Shown one piece after another: positions 51,553 to 64,000 of a stretch of DNA of 64,000 nt. The translations under genes were made by a program, and so were the position numbers. The stretch is from Rotaria sp. (Eukaryota). The notes beneath the pieces are model-generated. The model worked only from the letters and a program-made list of their open reading frames with translations. It made no database searches and was not told the origin of the DNA. The stretch spans positions 4,318,909-4,382,908 of the forward strand of contig CAJNOF010000004.1 of NCBI GenBank assembly GCA_905250055.1, written 5' to 3'. The first letter of the stretch is position 1. Each line of letters begins with the position of its first letter.

Positions 51553-54500
51553 ACTTTAATCAAAGATTATTAATTGTTGTTCAGGTTTTTCTTCATTAAC
51601 GATCGGAGTTGGCTGTTGTTGTTGTTGTGGGTGTTGTTGTTGTTGCTGTGGCTGTTGTTGTTGGGTATAAGATATGTTCGCATTAGTCATTGGCAATTGG
51701 CCATAAGGATGAGTGTAGTTATTATCTACGTAAAATAAAACAATTATTGACTTAATTATTTCGATAAGAATAAGTAGAAATAATGACTCAAATTGCAATA
51801 TTATTTTTCTATTAATAGAAATAATTTTTTTTTTACTACTTTATCAAATAGTTTCTCAACAAAAATCTTTTCGCACGATAGTTTTTATTAAATTTTTCTC
51901 TTTCACTTTCTCATATTAGTCATAATCTAAAAATAGATTAGTTTAGGACAAAAAAACAAATATGCACTGAAAATACCTCCAGTAGCTCCCATTGGATAAG
52001 AAATAGGTTGCACTGATAATGGCACTGCTGCATTCGCTAATACATTCGTATCTATTTGGGGTGGTGGATACATCATCATAGAAGGATAATGAGTTGGTGG
52101 TAGAGACTGTTGTTGTGTTGGAAGCGGTGCTACAACTGAATATTGATTTGTTGGATCAATTGATGGTTGTACTGGTAAAGTACTATATGGTGATTGATAG
52201 GAAGGATTTTGTTGAGGTAATCGACTATAATCATATGATACCATTGACTAGAAAAAAAATAAAAAATAAAAGAATGCTTTTTATTTATGATGAAGAAGTT
52301 CAATGAAATGCTGATGTATTATAAAAGGATTTCTTTGAAAGAAAAAAAAAGTTCCATAGAAATAATGAATCAGTGTTTTATCCAGGATTTTTTCTTCGGA
52401 GAGGCGATTTGAATTTCCGAGGGGGCGAAAAATTATTTGTGGGGGGGGGGGGGGGGCAAGCCATGTATTCGTAGCACGATTATCATAAGTCTCGGGAGGG
52501 TGAACTCGATTTTCGGGGGCGCCGCCCTCCCCGGGCACCCCTCTGGATAAAACACTGTAATAAATATAGGTGAAGAATGAATTGATTTTTTCTATCAGTG
52601 AATATCTTGAACTTGCAATAGAGTACATTAGCGACTTTTTGTCTTTCTTTTATTACATATCTGAATATTATCACGTATAGGACGACAAAAATTTTCTTTC
52701 GTCTATTGTAATGATAGATAATTAAATAAAATATAATTACCAATTGAGGATTTTGTGCTAGTTGTTCACGTGCTAATGTTAATTGTCGTTGTTGATCAAG
52801 ACGAGTTTTCATTTCAAGTTCTTGTTGTGCTAAACGTTGTAGATATAATTGACGTTGATATTCAAGATATTCCTATTCATTAACAAAAAAATAAACAAAA
52901 CGAAAAGAATTGATTTCTGTTTTTAAATAAAATTTTTTATTGAATAAATATAATGTTGTAGATTGTTTTTTTTTGTTAGAATAAATAAAAATAAGAGAAT
53001 CTTACTTGTTTTTTTTGTCTCATAAAATCAAGTTTTTGTGCTAATTGTATTTGTCGTTGTCGATCACGTTCTAAAGCTTCTTGTTGTTTTCTTTCATTAT
53101 GTTCTGCACGTAAAGCATTTAATGCTTCTCGTGCATCTTTTAATTGATTTAATTTATCTTGTAAATTTTCATAATAACCTAAACGAATATAAACAATAAA
53201 AAAAAAAAAGATTTTATTTTTGTTTTTAAAATTTTATTTTATAATTTACTTCGTTTATCTTCTAATAATTGCATATAATGATTAAGTTCAGGATGAAAAT
53301 GTTGAAGCATAACAAATACAGATTGAACAGCTGTATCAGTTGTAACATTTCTACTACGTTGTTGATTACTTAACATTCGAAATTTAAAATTATTTATATG
53401 ATCAGTAACAATAGTTGTAAATTGATCTATTTCATTATCAGTTATAAAATTATTTAATTCATCCTAGAAGAAATATAAATGAATAGTTCGAATAGAAAAA
53501 TTGTTTGTTTTTTTTTTTTCTTACTGGTAATTGAGTTTTGATTTCTATATCATGTCCATTGGAAATATTTGTTGTATTGAATTTTTCTCGTTGTTGTTCT
53601 TGACGACCTTTTTCAATATATTTTGTTAATTCCGAATATTCATTATGGTTTTCAGAAACATTCTTCAACGAAAAAAAAAAACAAAATGTATATTTTATAA
53701 TAATTATAAATACTAGACAAAAGTTTAGAATATTTGTTTTCTTGTTTCGAACGAGGATCTTCGATTCGAATTTAAGTAATAAAACGTTTGAAAGCGAAAC
53801 TTTTAACTGGATATTTTAAACATCAATTAATCTCAATGACAGATTTTCAGGTTAAGAAAAACAAGCTGATTTCGGCAGAAATATCTTCGATGGCTTGAGA
53901 AAAAACTTTTGCTTTTTTTATCAGAAGTTACATGAAAAAAACTGAAATACTGTGCCACAGTTCCAGTAATCTTCGGAGTATTCCTACCGGATATGAGGAC
54001 CTTTGCCTATATTTCCGACGGAATCAACAATTTATGTATTCTACTTAACAACTTTTATTAGTCGTTTGATTATTACCGAAATATTATTATTTGTAGGAGC
54101 CGATAGAAAACTTGACATAGCATATTTTTGTGTTAACATTTTTTTCTGTCTTTCTTTTTCTTCTGCTTCACTTTGTGAAATAGCTAAAGCAAGTTGAAAT
54201 GATTCTTCTTCTTCTAATTCAGCTTGACTTTTCGTCTAAATAAAATAATTTATTTGTTTTAGTTTTGATTTTGTCAAATTTTTTATTTACGGGAGTAGGT
54301 GCTGGAACAGATGTTGGCATTTGTCTTGATAATTGAATTGGTTTTGGTATTAGATTAGAATGTAGTGTTGCTCTAATTGAATAAAATAAATAAAGGAAAA
54401 ATTATTTTGTTTCTTTATTTTACCCAGATGTTAATTTTTCATAACATGCATCACAAACACGTACTTCACGATCCATACCAAATTTGGGTATTGGACATTG

Positions 54501-57106
54501 TTTCGATGAACCTATGAAGATTTTTGTTCAAATAAATTTAAAGAATTGTGTCGGATAAAATGATCACTTAGCATTTGAAAAAACAATCGTACTTTTTTTT
54601 AGTACAACTCGTGGAGCATCGAATGATATATAGAAAATTGTTGTTTTATCAAATTTTTATGTTTTGAGAAGCCAAATACTAACTAAGAGATATTAGAATG
54701 ATTGTGAGTGATAGGATCAAATATAAGAAATCAGTATATCTCCAGACTAATCAATATTACTTTCGATCGTGTAGATCCAACAGTACTTACAATAGATATC
54801 TTCTTACTTAAAACCATAATATTTTTACTAGCATCTATAATTTTTAGCTTTTATGATATTCTAAATTGTTCGATACTACTACTGCAGAGAAAAGTTGATC
54901 AACCATGCAAATTTCTTAGATATTCAGCATAAATAGATCTTCTGAAAATGGCAAAAAGAAATTTTCCTTTTAGATCTCTAGAGGAGAGACAGAAATGAAC
55001 GAGTAGAAAGACTAGTTTTTATTTTATTTTGTCCCTTATGAATTTAGATTCAAAATATCCGAATATGTAGCTGTATTAGGTTCAATATATATTCGGTCCC
55101 TTATGACAATCAAAAATTTTGCACCCGGTAATCTCTTCCGGGAGTTCGAAAGATCATTCTTTATCAAAATGATAGAACATGATGAACTTATTGTTAATAG
55201 ATAGAAACTTTTTTTTACTCAAAAACTATTTATCGCAAAATTTATACTTTTCTGTCTTTAGAAATCGAAAAATTAGCCTTTTGTATTCATTGATTATCTA
55301 ATTTTATCATGATGCACTTGAATCCAAGAGACATTCAAGTGGTTTATTTATAGAAATTTGCGACGTTGTTCGCCTTTGTTCTCAGGAGTCGTATCGGACA
55401 ATTTAATACATCATAGAAGCCAATAATTACAAAAGCTAGTCAATTCTTAGCACATTCAAATTTGATGAAAAAGCAATTTTCTCTATAGTATTCAATATAT
55501 CACGAGTTGTTCTACAATACAGTAAACGCAACATTTCAAATGAAGAGTGATCATCTTATCCGAAAGGATCTTTTTTTTTTGTTTTTAAATTTACATTTAT
55601 CACAAAAAATATCTCCGCATGCTCGACAATGATGCTGAAAAGATAAAAAGAATGAATAAAAAAATTTTGCAAAAAATTTCAATTTTTCTTTTTTTGGGTT
55701 TAGATTTACTTTACGAATAAAAGTCGTAAATGGTTGTCGACAACGAAAACATTCTTTATCATCTTTCCATTCAGGTGCTATATCATTATTTTCAAACATA
55801 GCTTCACTTTCTTTTAATGGTGGAAAACGATAATTTTCAAGTTTCATTAAATTATATGTATCAGTAAAAATCTTATGTTGTTGACCTTAAACAAAACAAA
55901 AAAAAAATTAATTTGAATATATATTGAAAAGAATTTATTAGATATATACCAAGACCATATGACCAACATTGAATTAATTCAAGAACTTTATCACGAATTA
56001 GATCAGGTCCATTCTAAAAAATTCAAATTTTAAAATTTATTATCTTGGTTTCTTTTTAAAATATTTTACCTTTGCCAATTCACGTAATGCATCAATCATA
56101 TCTCGTTGTGCAGCTTCTTTATGAATTGATCCTCCACAATTTTTTACTATAGATTCCAGACACTAAAAAAGAAATATGTTTTTTAAGAGTACAATCGAAT
56201 TCGAAAAAAAATAATTTTATATTTGAAAGATTTATATAGATATATAAATTTTTATTCACATTGATTATTGTAAATGACATAAACTATTAGAAGAAAAACT
56301 GTAATTAGTCTTATAGACGATTAACAACTGTTGCACATATGTCAGAAACATTTTCATTTCATTTTACAAACAAATAGACATCATCGTTTTCAAAGAATTT
56401 TATCATATTTCGATACTCAACAACAGTTGTATTTATGATTACGATTCTGATTAGAATTAATTGGAATTGAAATTCAAAAGTAAAAGTTCGCTGGAATGGA
56501 TATCGTAAGCAAGGAATATTTATATATAAGTCCATTTTTTGGGTATTTTGATTCATCGTCAAAAACGAAAAATGACTAGAATATTCACTTGTAAGATTAA
56601 CATAACTGACGAGGAAATAAACTTATCTCTGATAGCTTAAATTAATTTTATAGACTAGAAGTAAGAGAATCTGAAAATATTAATGATATATAAATTTGAG
56701 CTTGAAAATAAAAATTTTTTTTTTTTGTATTCGTAATGAAACGTAAACGGATGATGAAACACTTACAAGAAGTGAACTAAAAACTACATGAGCATTTTCA
56801 TGACCAAATTTTTTCTTAATTGATTGTACTGCATATTTTGCTCTAAAATTAACAATGAATATTTCTTTATTTTGTTGCATCAAACAAAACTTTTTTATTT
56901 TTCTTACGTCACTTCTTGTGATTTAACAATATCACAAAGTTGAAGAATAGATTCCCAATCTGGTTCAAGTAAAAGTGGACTTGTTGCTTTTTCTAATAAA
57001 ATAAATTTAGAAAAAAAAAAAATATTCTTTTTTTTTTTATTGTTACTAAAATCTTACCAAATAATTTATCAAAAATTTTTGTATTTGATAAACTAAATAA
57101 ACTCAT
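51553..57106 (-). CDS. HGS: Hepatocyte growth factor-regulated tyrosine kinase substrate (Hrs/HGS) homologue, multi-exon gene span
   Basis: Exons read on the minus strand: 57058-57106 MSLFSLSNTKIFDKLF; about 56884-57009 EKATSPLLLEPDWESILQLCDIVKSQE and AKYAVQSIKKK (VHS domain); 56070-56162 CLESIVKNCGGSIHKEAAQRDMIDALRELAK; about 55975-56040 NGPDLIRDKVLELIQCWSYGL; about 55713-55895 ...FPPLKESEAMF...CFRCRQPFTTFIRK; 55551-55640 HHCRACGDIFCDKC (FYVE); 54420-54513 SSKQCPIPKFGMDREVRVCDACYEKL; about 54180-54240 UIM (EEEESFQLALAIS); 53240-53460, 53000-53180 and 52741-52872 coiled-coil (EYLEYQRQLYLQRLAQQELE); 51977-52247 P/Q-rich; 51553-51725 ending ...EQQLIIFD* (clathrin-box-like). Exon boundaries are GT/AG and approximate. 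Confidence 0.85.
52371..52557. mobile_element. GC-rich 187-bp TIR element (MITE-like) with a G16 tract, inside an HGS intron
   Basis: Terminal inverted repeats cagtgttttatccagga (52371-52387) and tctggataaaacactg (52542-52557). The interior is about 60% GC against a 30% background, with cgggggcg motifs and G16 at 52441-52456. It lies between HGS exons 52741-52872 and 51977-52247. Confidence 0.6.
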
Positions 57107-57153
57107 ATTAATCTAAAAAACAAAAAACAAAAAAGAATCGAAAATACTGTTAA

Positions 57154-58137
57154 TATTTATTCAAATTTTATTTTGTCTAATCCAAGATTTATTTCATCTT
57201 TATAAGCCCATGAAAAACAATAATGTTCAAATAATTGTTCTAATAATTCTTTTTCATCTAAACCACCATCAATTTTTTCAATTCGTTGTTTTTCATTTAT
57301 ATTTAAATATTTTTTATAATATTCATTTAATGTTAAACAATGTGCTGACATAAAATTTGCTTTCATATATCTATCATATTGACTATTTATTGTTTGACAT
57401 GAATCCATACCAATTAAATAACATGAACGATGTTTTAAATTATCAAACATAATTTGTCCAAAACGATCATTCATATTAATTTGTTCAAAATTTAAAAATA
57501 AACAACATTGAGAAAATTTTTCTGATAAATATTTTAATAAATTTAATGAATGTTCATTTGACATATAAATTAAAACACATTCACTTATAAATAATGTTGG
57601 TATATTATAATTAATAATATTATTATTTGAAAGAATATTTAATTGATTATCTAATTGTGTTAAATTTCGAAGATCAACAGGTAATATTGTATATAATGAT
57701 GAATGAAAACCACATGGAATTTTTAATGTTTTATTATCCATAGGAAATTTATTACGTAGTGATGGTATACGATGAATTTTAGTTGATTTTATTTCTGTTA
57801 TTTGATCAAAATCAATATCAATAAAATGTTTAAAATGAAGATTTACATTATCTAATAAATAAAAAATTGTTGTATCAAAACCACAACCAAGATTTATTAT
57901 TTGACAATCATTATTTGTTAATTTTATAAATTTTTCAATTAAATGTCGAAGTCCATGAACCCGTACATAATAACCAAGACTTATTTCGGGTGTACGTCGT
58001 TCATAATGTGTTGAACCAGCAAGAATTTTTAAATATGGATCTGTCCAATATCCACGTTCAATAGCATATAATTTACATTGATATGCATCATTATTTGTTT
58101 CAATTATATTACTATTATCAACTGCTGTTTTATCCAT
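57154..58137 (-). CDS. LCMT1: Leucine carboxyl methyltransferase 1 (PP2A methyltransferase); single exon, 326 aa plus stop
   Basis: The 326-aa ORF has LCMT1 signature blocks: RGYWTDPY, EISLGYYVRVHGLRHLI, QIINLGCGFDTT, LFISECVLIYM, FEQINMNDRFGQIMFDNL and ELLEQLFEHYCFSWAY. The ATG is at 58137 and the TAA stop at 57154-57156. Confidence 0.88.
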
Positions 58138-61100
58138 ACAACTAGAAACTTTAGATAAGAAAAAGCACAGATGATGACGTTTAGTTAAATATTACTCACA
58201 TTGTTTATATAATAATGATTAATTTTTTTTTTTTGTTGCTTACTATCAATTTGTATAAATATATATATATATTTTCACCCGAAAATATATATCTTCTGAA
58301 GCAATTTCTTTCTGTGATTTAAAAGTCAGCGATTTAATTAAACAGAAATTTAGTGACATCTTTAGATTTTGTTTTGATTTGTAGGAATAATGAAGATTTA
58401 AAAAAAGTTCAAATAAAATAAATAATTTCATTTTTTTTAAATTAATAAAGGATAGTATTTGTGAAATCAATTGAGAGAAATTTCTATCGATCTCTAGTAT
58501 TATCTAAAGATGTCTCTAGTCTACAACGCGATATGGATTGATGCTTGCTTCTGTAAACTTGACATTTTGTGATTATTAGGTCGACAATATAAAAAATCAT
58601 GACTAAGTCTTCAAATTTATCACCCACATCCGAATCATATGTCTATTAATTTTTCAATGAGCAAAATATATTTAGCATCTATTCAAGACAATCCATTATG
58701 CAAATTTTTTTCTTACCGTTTTGAAAACAGTATAGACTTCTTGCCTCTTTGGTTTTTACACAAATTAATAGTGTGACAAAAATAATTTATTTCAATGATG
58801 ACAGTATTTAGTTCTTGTTACTCATGTCTACATTCCTTTTTAAGGGATAAAACAAATTATAAAGGATATTATCATTTTCTTTTTCTTTTTGGTACCCAAA
58901 CACACTATCAGAAGGTCAATGGGTATAGAACTGTGTTCTCTACAAAACTGTTACATTTGTATTTTAGGGAAAACTTTTTTTTTTATTAAGATAAAACTTA
59001 AAATATTAATATAAACTTAATCATTTCAACTGCGACAGTCAACAAAATAGAAAAATGATGCAGAGGTTTTTAGACAACGGTTTTCTAAGATGGCAAGCAT
59101 GCTACGAAGTTTTCCAAAAAACTCTGTATCTTTTGATATGTGTTTCAGAATTTCAGAAGAAATAGTTGCGAAAATAATCATGAATTATTAACTAGGAAAA
59201 AAAACATTGTCTGAATGAATTTCGTGTTTGCTCGTTTTTCATTCGATACGATCTAATTGTTTGTATTCTCTAACTTATCAGTCACAATATGTGGTTTCAA
59301 CATGCACAAAAAAAAATGAGTAGGCTTCTGTTTCAAGCTTTTGTTTCATGAATGACAACATGAAGAACCTTGAAAACTTCGTAGAAGCGCAAAAGTACAA
59401 AATTCTTTATGCATCGATGTCAGATATGTTCATTTTTGGATTGGTTTTCATGAGCAAAGACTTACATAAATTGATAGATATCTGTAGAAAATCACAGTTG
59501 GACGCTTCAACAAACGTTCATATTTTTAATGTTGTTTCAATAAAAAAAAATTTAATTGTACAACAGACTAAACAATTTTGCTGAGCTACCAGTTCTCTAT
59601 CGAATAATTTTTCGACAATGTATCGAAATTAGACACACACAAGAAAAGAAATGATATTGTTTCATTTAATTTGCGTCATCTGTTATTTTGTATGATAACA
59701 AGAAAAAAAGAAATGTACATGCGGAAGAAGGAATGTGCATTTGCATGTACTTTTCATTTCAATAAATAATAACTCGGAAAAAATACACCTCTCAGAACAT
59801 TGTTGAATAAAATTAGACATAAGATATAAAAATATAAAATCTTATCAACGGTACATTGACAGATGAGCTCATGACATATGAATATTTATATTTAATTCTT
59901 CGATATTTGAGTTTGCGATATGTAAATTATGTCATAATAAATGATAAGCTATATATATATATTCATGATTCAGTATAATTAAATTGCTTCTTTTCTAACG
60001 ATATAAACAACTTTCGTTAGAAATTTATTAAGAATCATTAAAATGAATAGTGCATTTATTTGATTTTCGTTGAAAAGCGGAAATTTGAATTAGAAAATTA
60101 ACTACACATATCTCATACAAATTAATAGACCAGGGGCGTAGCCAGGAATTTTTGAGTCATGGACCATTTTCCAGCAAAATTATTTTGAGCATTGGGCAGC
60201 TATGGGCCATAAAAAATTAATTAGGCTACGATATTTAAATTTTTTTTTTGCTATCACAAAAACTGATGTTTATTGAAGTGAAATTCTTCATCTTCAACTC
60301 AACTTAGACACAAAGTTGCTTCCTTTTTTTTGTACTATTGCACAAATATATATTCTTCAACTGTCAAATATTTCAGCATTTTATGTCAAAATAAGCATCC
60401 GTGAACATAAATAGAACAGAACAAAAAATAGCATAAATAAACTTAAACAGAGCAAAAGTTACTTTCTTTCATCGGATAATGAAGAATGTCAGTTTGCTCT
60501 CTATTGTCGAGCAATGACACGTGTTACTGAGTATTTATCGGTAACGAGTCCTACGAAAATTGAACGTTTCCTTTGGTTTGGTTTTGATCTTGAGTTATAT
60601 ATACGTTCTCGAAATTACAGATTAATTATTTTTAGTCACTAATCAGAATTTCTGATTATATTTTCAAAGCACTTTCATTTTTATTTTCCATTTAGTTTAT
60701 ATAACTTTTAAATTCTAAAGTGACAAGAGCCTTGTCACCCATCTATCATCAACCTATTTGGCGTATACTATTTCACTTATTTTCATTAGATAAGGTTTTA
60801 TATGCTTGAAAAGGTCCACCAGTATTCATCCACGTTTTCATTAGCGACTTTATGTGGGATGATGAGTTTTTGACAAAAACCTACAGTTGAATTGTCATCA
60901 TAGTGAACATCAACTGAATGAAAAAGATAGCGTGTTGATCTTTCTGGATCCCTTGCTTAAATCACAATAAGAGACAATTTATTGAAATAACACCATTTAA
61001 GTCCTCGAACATGCATGTTTATCGAGATTTTTTAGCATAGGGCCATTGATATCATTTCGAAAAAAAACATATGGGTAATAAGTTTTCAACTAATGGACAA

Positions 61101-62056
61101 TTGTCCAATGGCCGTACCTCTAGCTACACCAGTGTAATAGACGAACAATTATAACGTTAAATTAGTAGTTTGTACAGATATAGAGATGTGTGAAGTGCAA
61201 TTTTTTGCTATGATTAAGATTTTCGTTGTATTTGGCTAATAAATTATGTTTCTCTCAACGGATTTGGACAGCTTTTTTTTTAATATGTTATTTTTCTTTG
61301 AACACCTGCTAGTCACATAAAGCTTCAGATCATACTATAGCTGAATTATGAGAGATGCATTACAAAAAACGTCATTTTATTGTTGACATGTGCGAGGAAA
61401 AGGATATAATTAATCTATTTTGTACAAGATTCGACACTCTATTAAAATATATATATAGCTAATTTAAATTTCATTTCTTTGTTTGACGTTTACAATGCTT
61501 GACAGATACTTGCATGTTGTCGTGTAAAGTAACACACAATTAATGCTAACACTGCCTGTGATAGAGTTGCCGGTATGCAGACTATGAAAAGAAAGAGAAC
61601 TCTTTTAGTAGCAAACTGAGGAAAAAAATTTCTCTGTTATCAGCTTTGTTAAATAAAAAAGATAACTTCATCTTTTAGCATTCAGAAGAAATTGAAATTA
61701 TATTACAAAATGTAGAATGACGATTTTAAAGCAGATATTTTCAGTTAAACTCATCCGAGAATAGTTTTTCTTTTTTGAATATAATCTAAACGAACAGGAT
61801 AAACGCAAACAAATTCGAGTATATTTTGGTCTTTCCTGACTTCTTACCCTTTATAGAGAACTGAAATGTGAGTCGCACTATTTCAACAAGTAAACTGAAT
61901 TTGATACTGAATTCAGCATAAACAAAACTAGAGAACATGTATTTTTCTTAATATTCAGTGGAGTTTTGGGAAATTTTTGCCATTTAATACGTTTAGTTTT
62001 TCATGACAATCATATTAAAAGTTACTATTCAATCATATACGTATATATATGTATAT

Positions 62057-62908
62057 AACGAACGGGTGGTCGAAAAGTTTTCAGACAAAATGTTGAAAGC
62101 TGAAACATATTAATAAAACCTATCCGAATAAATTCTTTTTAATTGGTTACATAGCTTCTCTTATCCTCTATCTATACTATTAGTTTGAGATTTTTCGATT
62201 CAACATTTGTTGTGAAAATGAGTGATCTCCATAAACGTGTTTTTTTCTATGCTTGGACAAAAAAAAGATAACGAGGACGCATAATAAAGGGCTGCACTTT
62301 GTACCTCGTATTGTTATGTCTAAATACATTTTATTAGACAAACAAAATGTACCACAAGATGCAGCATGAAAAGCTCTATAATCTACAAAGTCAAGCTTAT
62401 TTTAATTGTGTGCTTTTTCTTTTTAAAAAAACGAAATTCTACGCAACCAATTTTCGACGCTATGAAAAGAAATAACTTGTATAGCAAAAAATGATCTTCT
62501 TCTTAGAGTTAAAAATTGGTTGTATGGAATTGTGATTTTTTTTGAACAGAAAAAGCACACAATTAATATAAGTTTTATTTTGTAGATTATAGACCTTTTC
62601 ATGCTGCATCTTGTGGTACATTTTGTTTGTCTAATAAAATGTATTTGGACATAACAATACGAGGTACAAAGTGCAGCCCTTTATTTTGCGTCCTCGTTAT
62701 CTTTTTTTTGTCCAAGCATAGAAAAAACACGTTTATGAAGATTAATCGTTTTCACAACAAATATTCAATCGAAAAATCTCAAACTAATAGTATAGATAGA
62801 GGATAAGATAAGCTATGTAACCGATTAAAAAGAATTTATTCCGATAGGTTTTATTAATATGTTTCAGCTTTCAACATTTTGTCTGAAAACTTTGCGACCA
62901 CCCGTTAT
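62057..62908. mobile_element. About 850-bp near-perfect palindrome (foldback element or long inverted duplication)
   Basis: The left arm (62057 to about 62432) and right arm (about 62533 to 62908) are reverse complements at over 95% identity. Termini are tataacg(aacg)ggtggtcgaaaagttttcagac ... gtctgaaaactttgcgaccacccgttatata. A roughly 100-bp centre itself contains gcaaccaatttt/aaaattggttg. Confidence 0.75.
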
Positions 62909-64000
62909 ATATATAAAGAACATTGCACTTTTGACTTCGCTATTTTCTATGAAAGAAAAGAAGGTTCATGACATATTTGAAGTGTCATATAAAGTTAGAG
63001 ACAAGCTCTATACAAAACATCTATTGCAGATCTAATTAATTGTAGTGTGAAGAAAAAGAAGGAACATGTATTTTTCTCTAACAGGCAAAAGTTTAAGACG
63101 CTTAGTGTTTCGGTAATTACATCGTTATCGAAAAACAGATTATTTTCAAAAAATAACTAATTAATATTATTAATTATTAACTAGGAAAATGTTTCGTTAT
63201 ATAAATGTTAATCTTGAAATATTCTATCAGAAAGAGTGATGAAAACTAAATAATATTGTATGTTTTTGGTTTGCAATAATTCATTATAACTGAGTTTTTT
63301 TATAAACTAATTAAAATTTCGCTAATTCTTTATTAATCATTAAGGAAACTGATCTCAAAAAATAGACTTTAAAACTTTAAAGAATAGTACATTTTTAAAG
63401 CAGACTTTATTGTTCCAAAAAGACTGCATCCATTCAGACAATGTGTTGCTCATCAATAATTGCACTTAGAGTTCATATAAGTATGAAGCAGGCAAAAAAG
63501 ACTAACTAAAAATCATCGCTGAAATTAGTGATCAAATATAAAAGGATTCTAACATATGAGAATCATATTGCATAAGAGAGTACAAAACCTCATTTGATCC
63601 AACAAAGTCTACTCTACAAAAATGCATTCTTTTTTGATAATCTCAAGTTTATGTTTAGAGCTCAGTTTTCTTCATTATTAATATAGAATAAATTAAATTT
63701 TTATTAGTGGTTTAAAAAAAAAGCTGTTTATAAATTAATGATTGCATAACAAACATATACAATGTTATTCAGCTTTCATTGCTCTTTCTAATAGAATATT
63801 TGAAGATCAAAATTTATATAACGAAACATTTCTCTAGTTAGTGATTAAAATTTTTTCAAAATTTTTTATACTAAAATATAGATCGTTAAATTCTGCAACT
63901 ACCAGTATGTTTTTGAAAATTCTCTATTTTTTGATAATAATATAATGGTAAAAATGTTTAAAACTTCCAATACACATGATATATTAGATAGCATTATTTC

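Noticed and set aside
52281-52812. Two overlapping minus-strand ORFs (115 and 109 aa), including a PPPPP/GGAPE-rich peptide
   Set aside because: The 5' part of 52483-52812 is the genuine HGS coiled-coil exon (52741-52872). The remainder reads through the intron and the GC-rich MITE (G16 gives poly-Pro). It is not a separate gene.
60123-61133. Possible 1-kb TIR element (ggcgtagccagg... / ...cctctagctacacc)
   Set aside because: Only about 10 bp of imperfect terminal complementarity. That is insufficient to call an element.

Overview
This is an AT-rich (about 30% GC) eukaryotic, metazoan-type genomic window. It has many homopolymer and microsatellite tracts, small introns of 40-150 bp with GTAAGT/GTAAAT...YAG boundaries, and several foldback/MITE-like repeats. 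It is not prokaryotic, and the short introns and AT content look helminth-like. The features reported are:
- Two confidently identified genes on the minus strand. One is a complete leucine carboxyl methyltransferase (LCMT1-like) single-exon gene. Immediately downstream of it is a multi-exon HGS/Hrs homologue (VHS-FYVE-UIM-coiled-coil-P/Q-rich-clathrin-box), with a spacer of only about 47 bp between them.
- A multi-exon N-acetylglucosamine kinase-like gene.
- An AMN1/FBXL-like leucine-rich repeat gene.
- A 272-aa hypothetical gene.
- A single-exon divergent protein kinase-like (probable pseudokinase) gene on the plus strand.
- A very large Ser/Asn/Thr-rich low-complexity gene whose C-terminal exons resemble a Shroom ASD2 domain.
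- A Q/N-rich gene and a small 110-aa gene.
- One 5S rRNA gene with a T-run terminator.
- Repeats: a pair of about 1.6-1.7 kb direct repeats, two long near-perfect palindromic/foldback elements (about 520 bp and about 850 bp), a foldback element with GTCAGTA tandem subrepeats in its arms, a GC-rich 187-bp TIR element with a G16 tract inside an HGS intron, and smaller MITE-like inverted repeats.
There is also a recurrent splice-acceptor-like motif just upstream of most start codons. This suggests spliced-leader trans-splicing and an operon-like LCMT1-HGS pair. Exon coordinates are from by-eye splice-site reading and may be off by a few bp.
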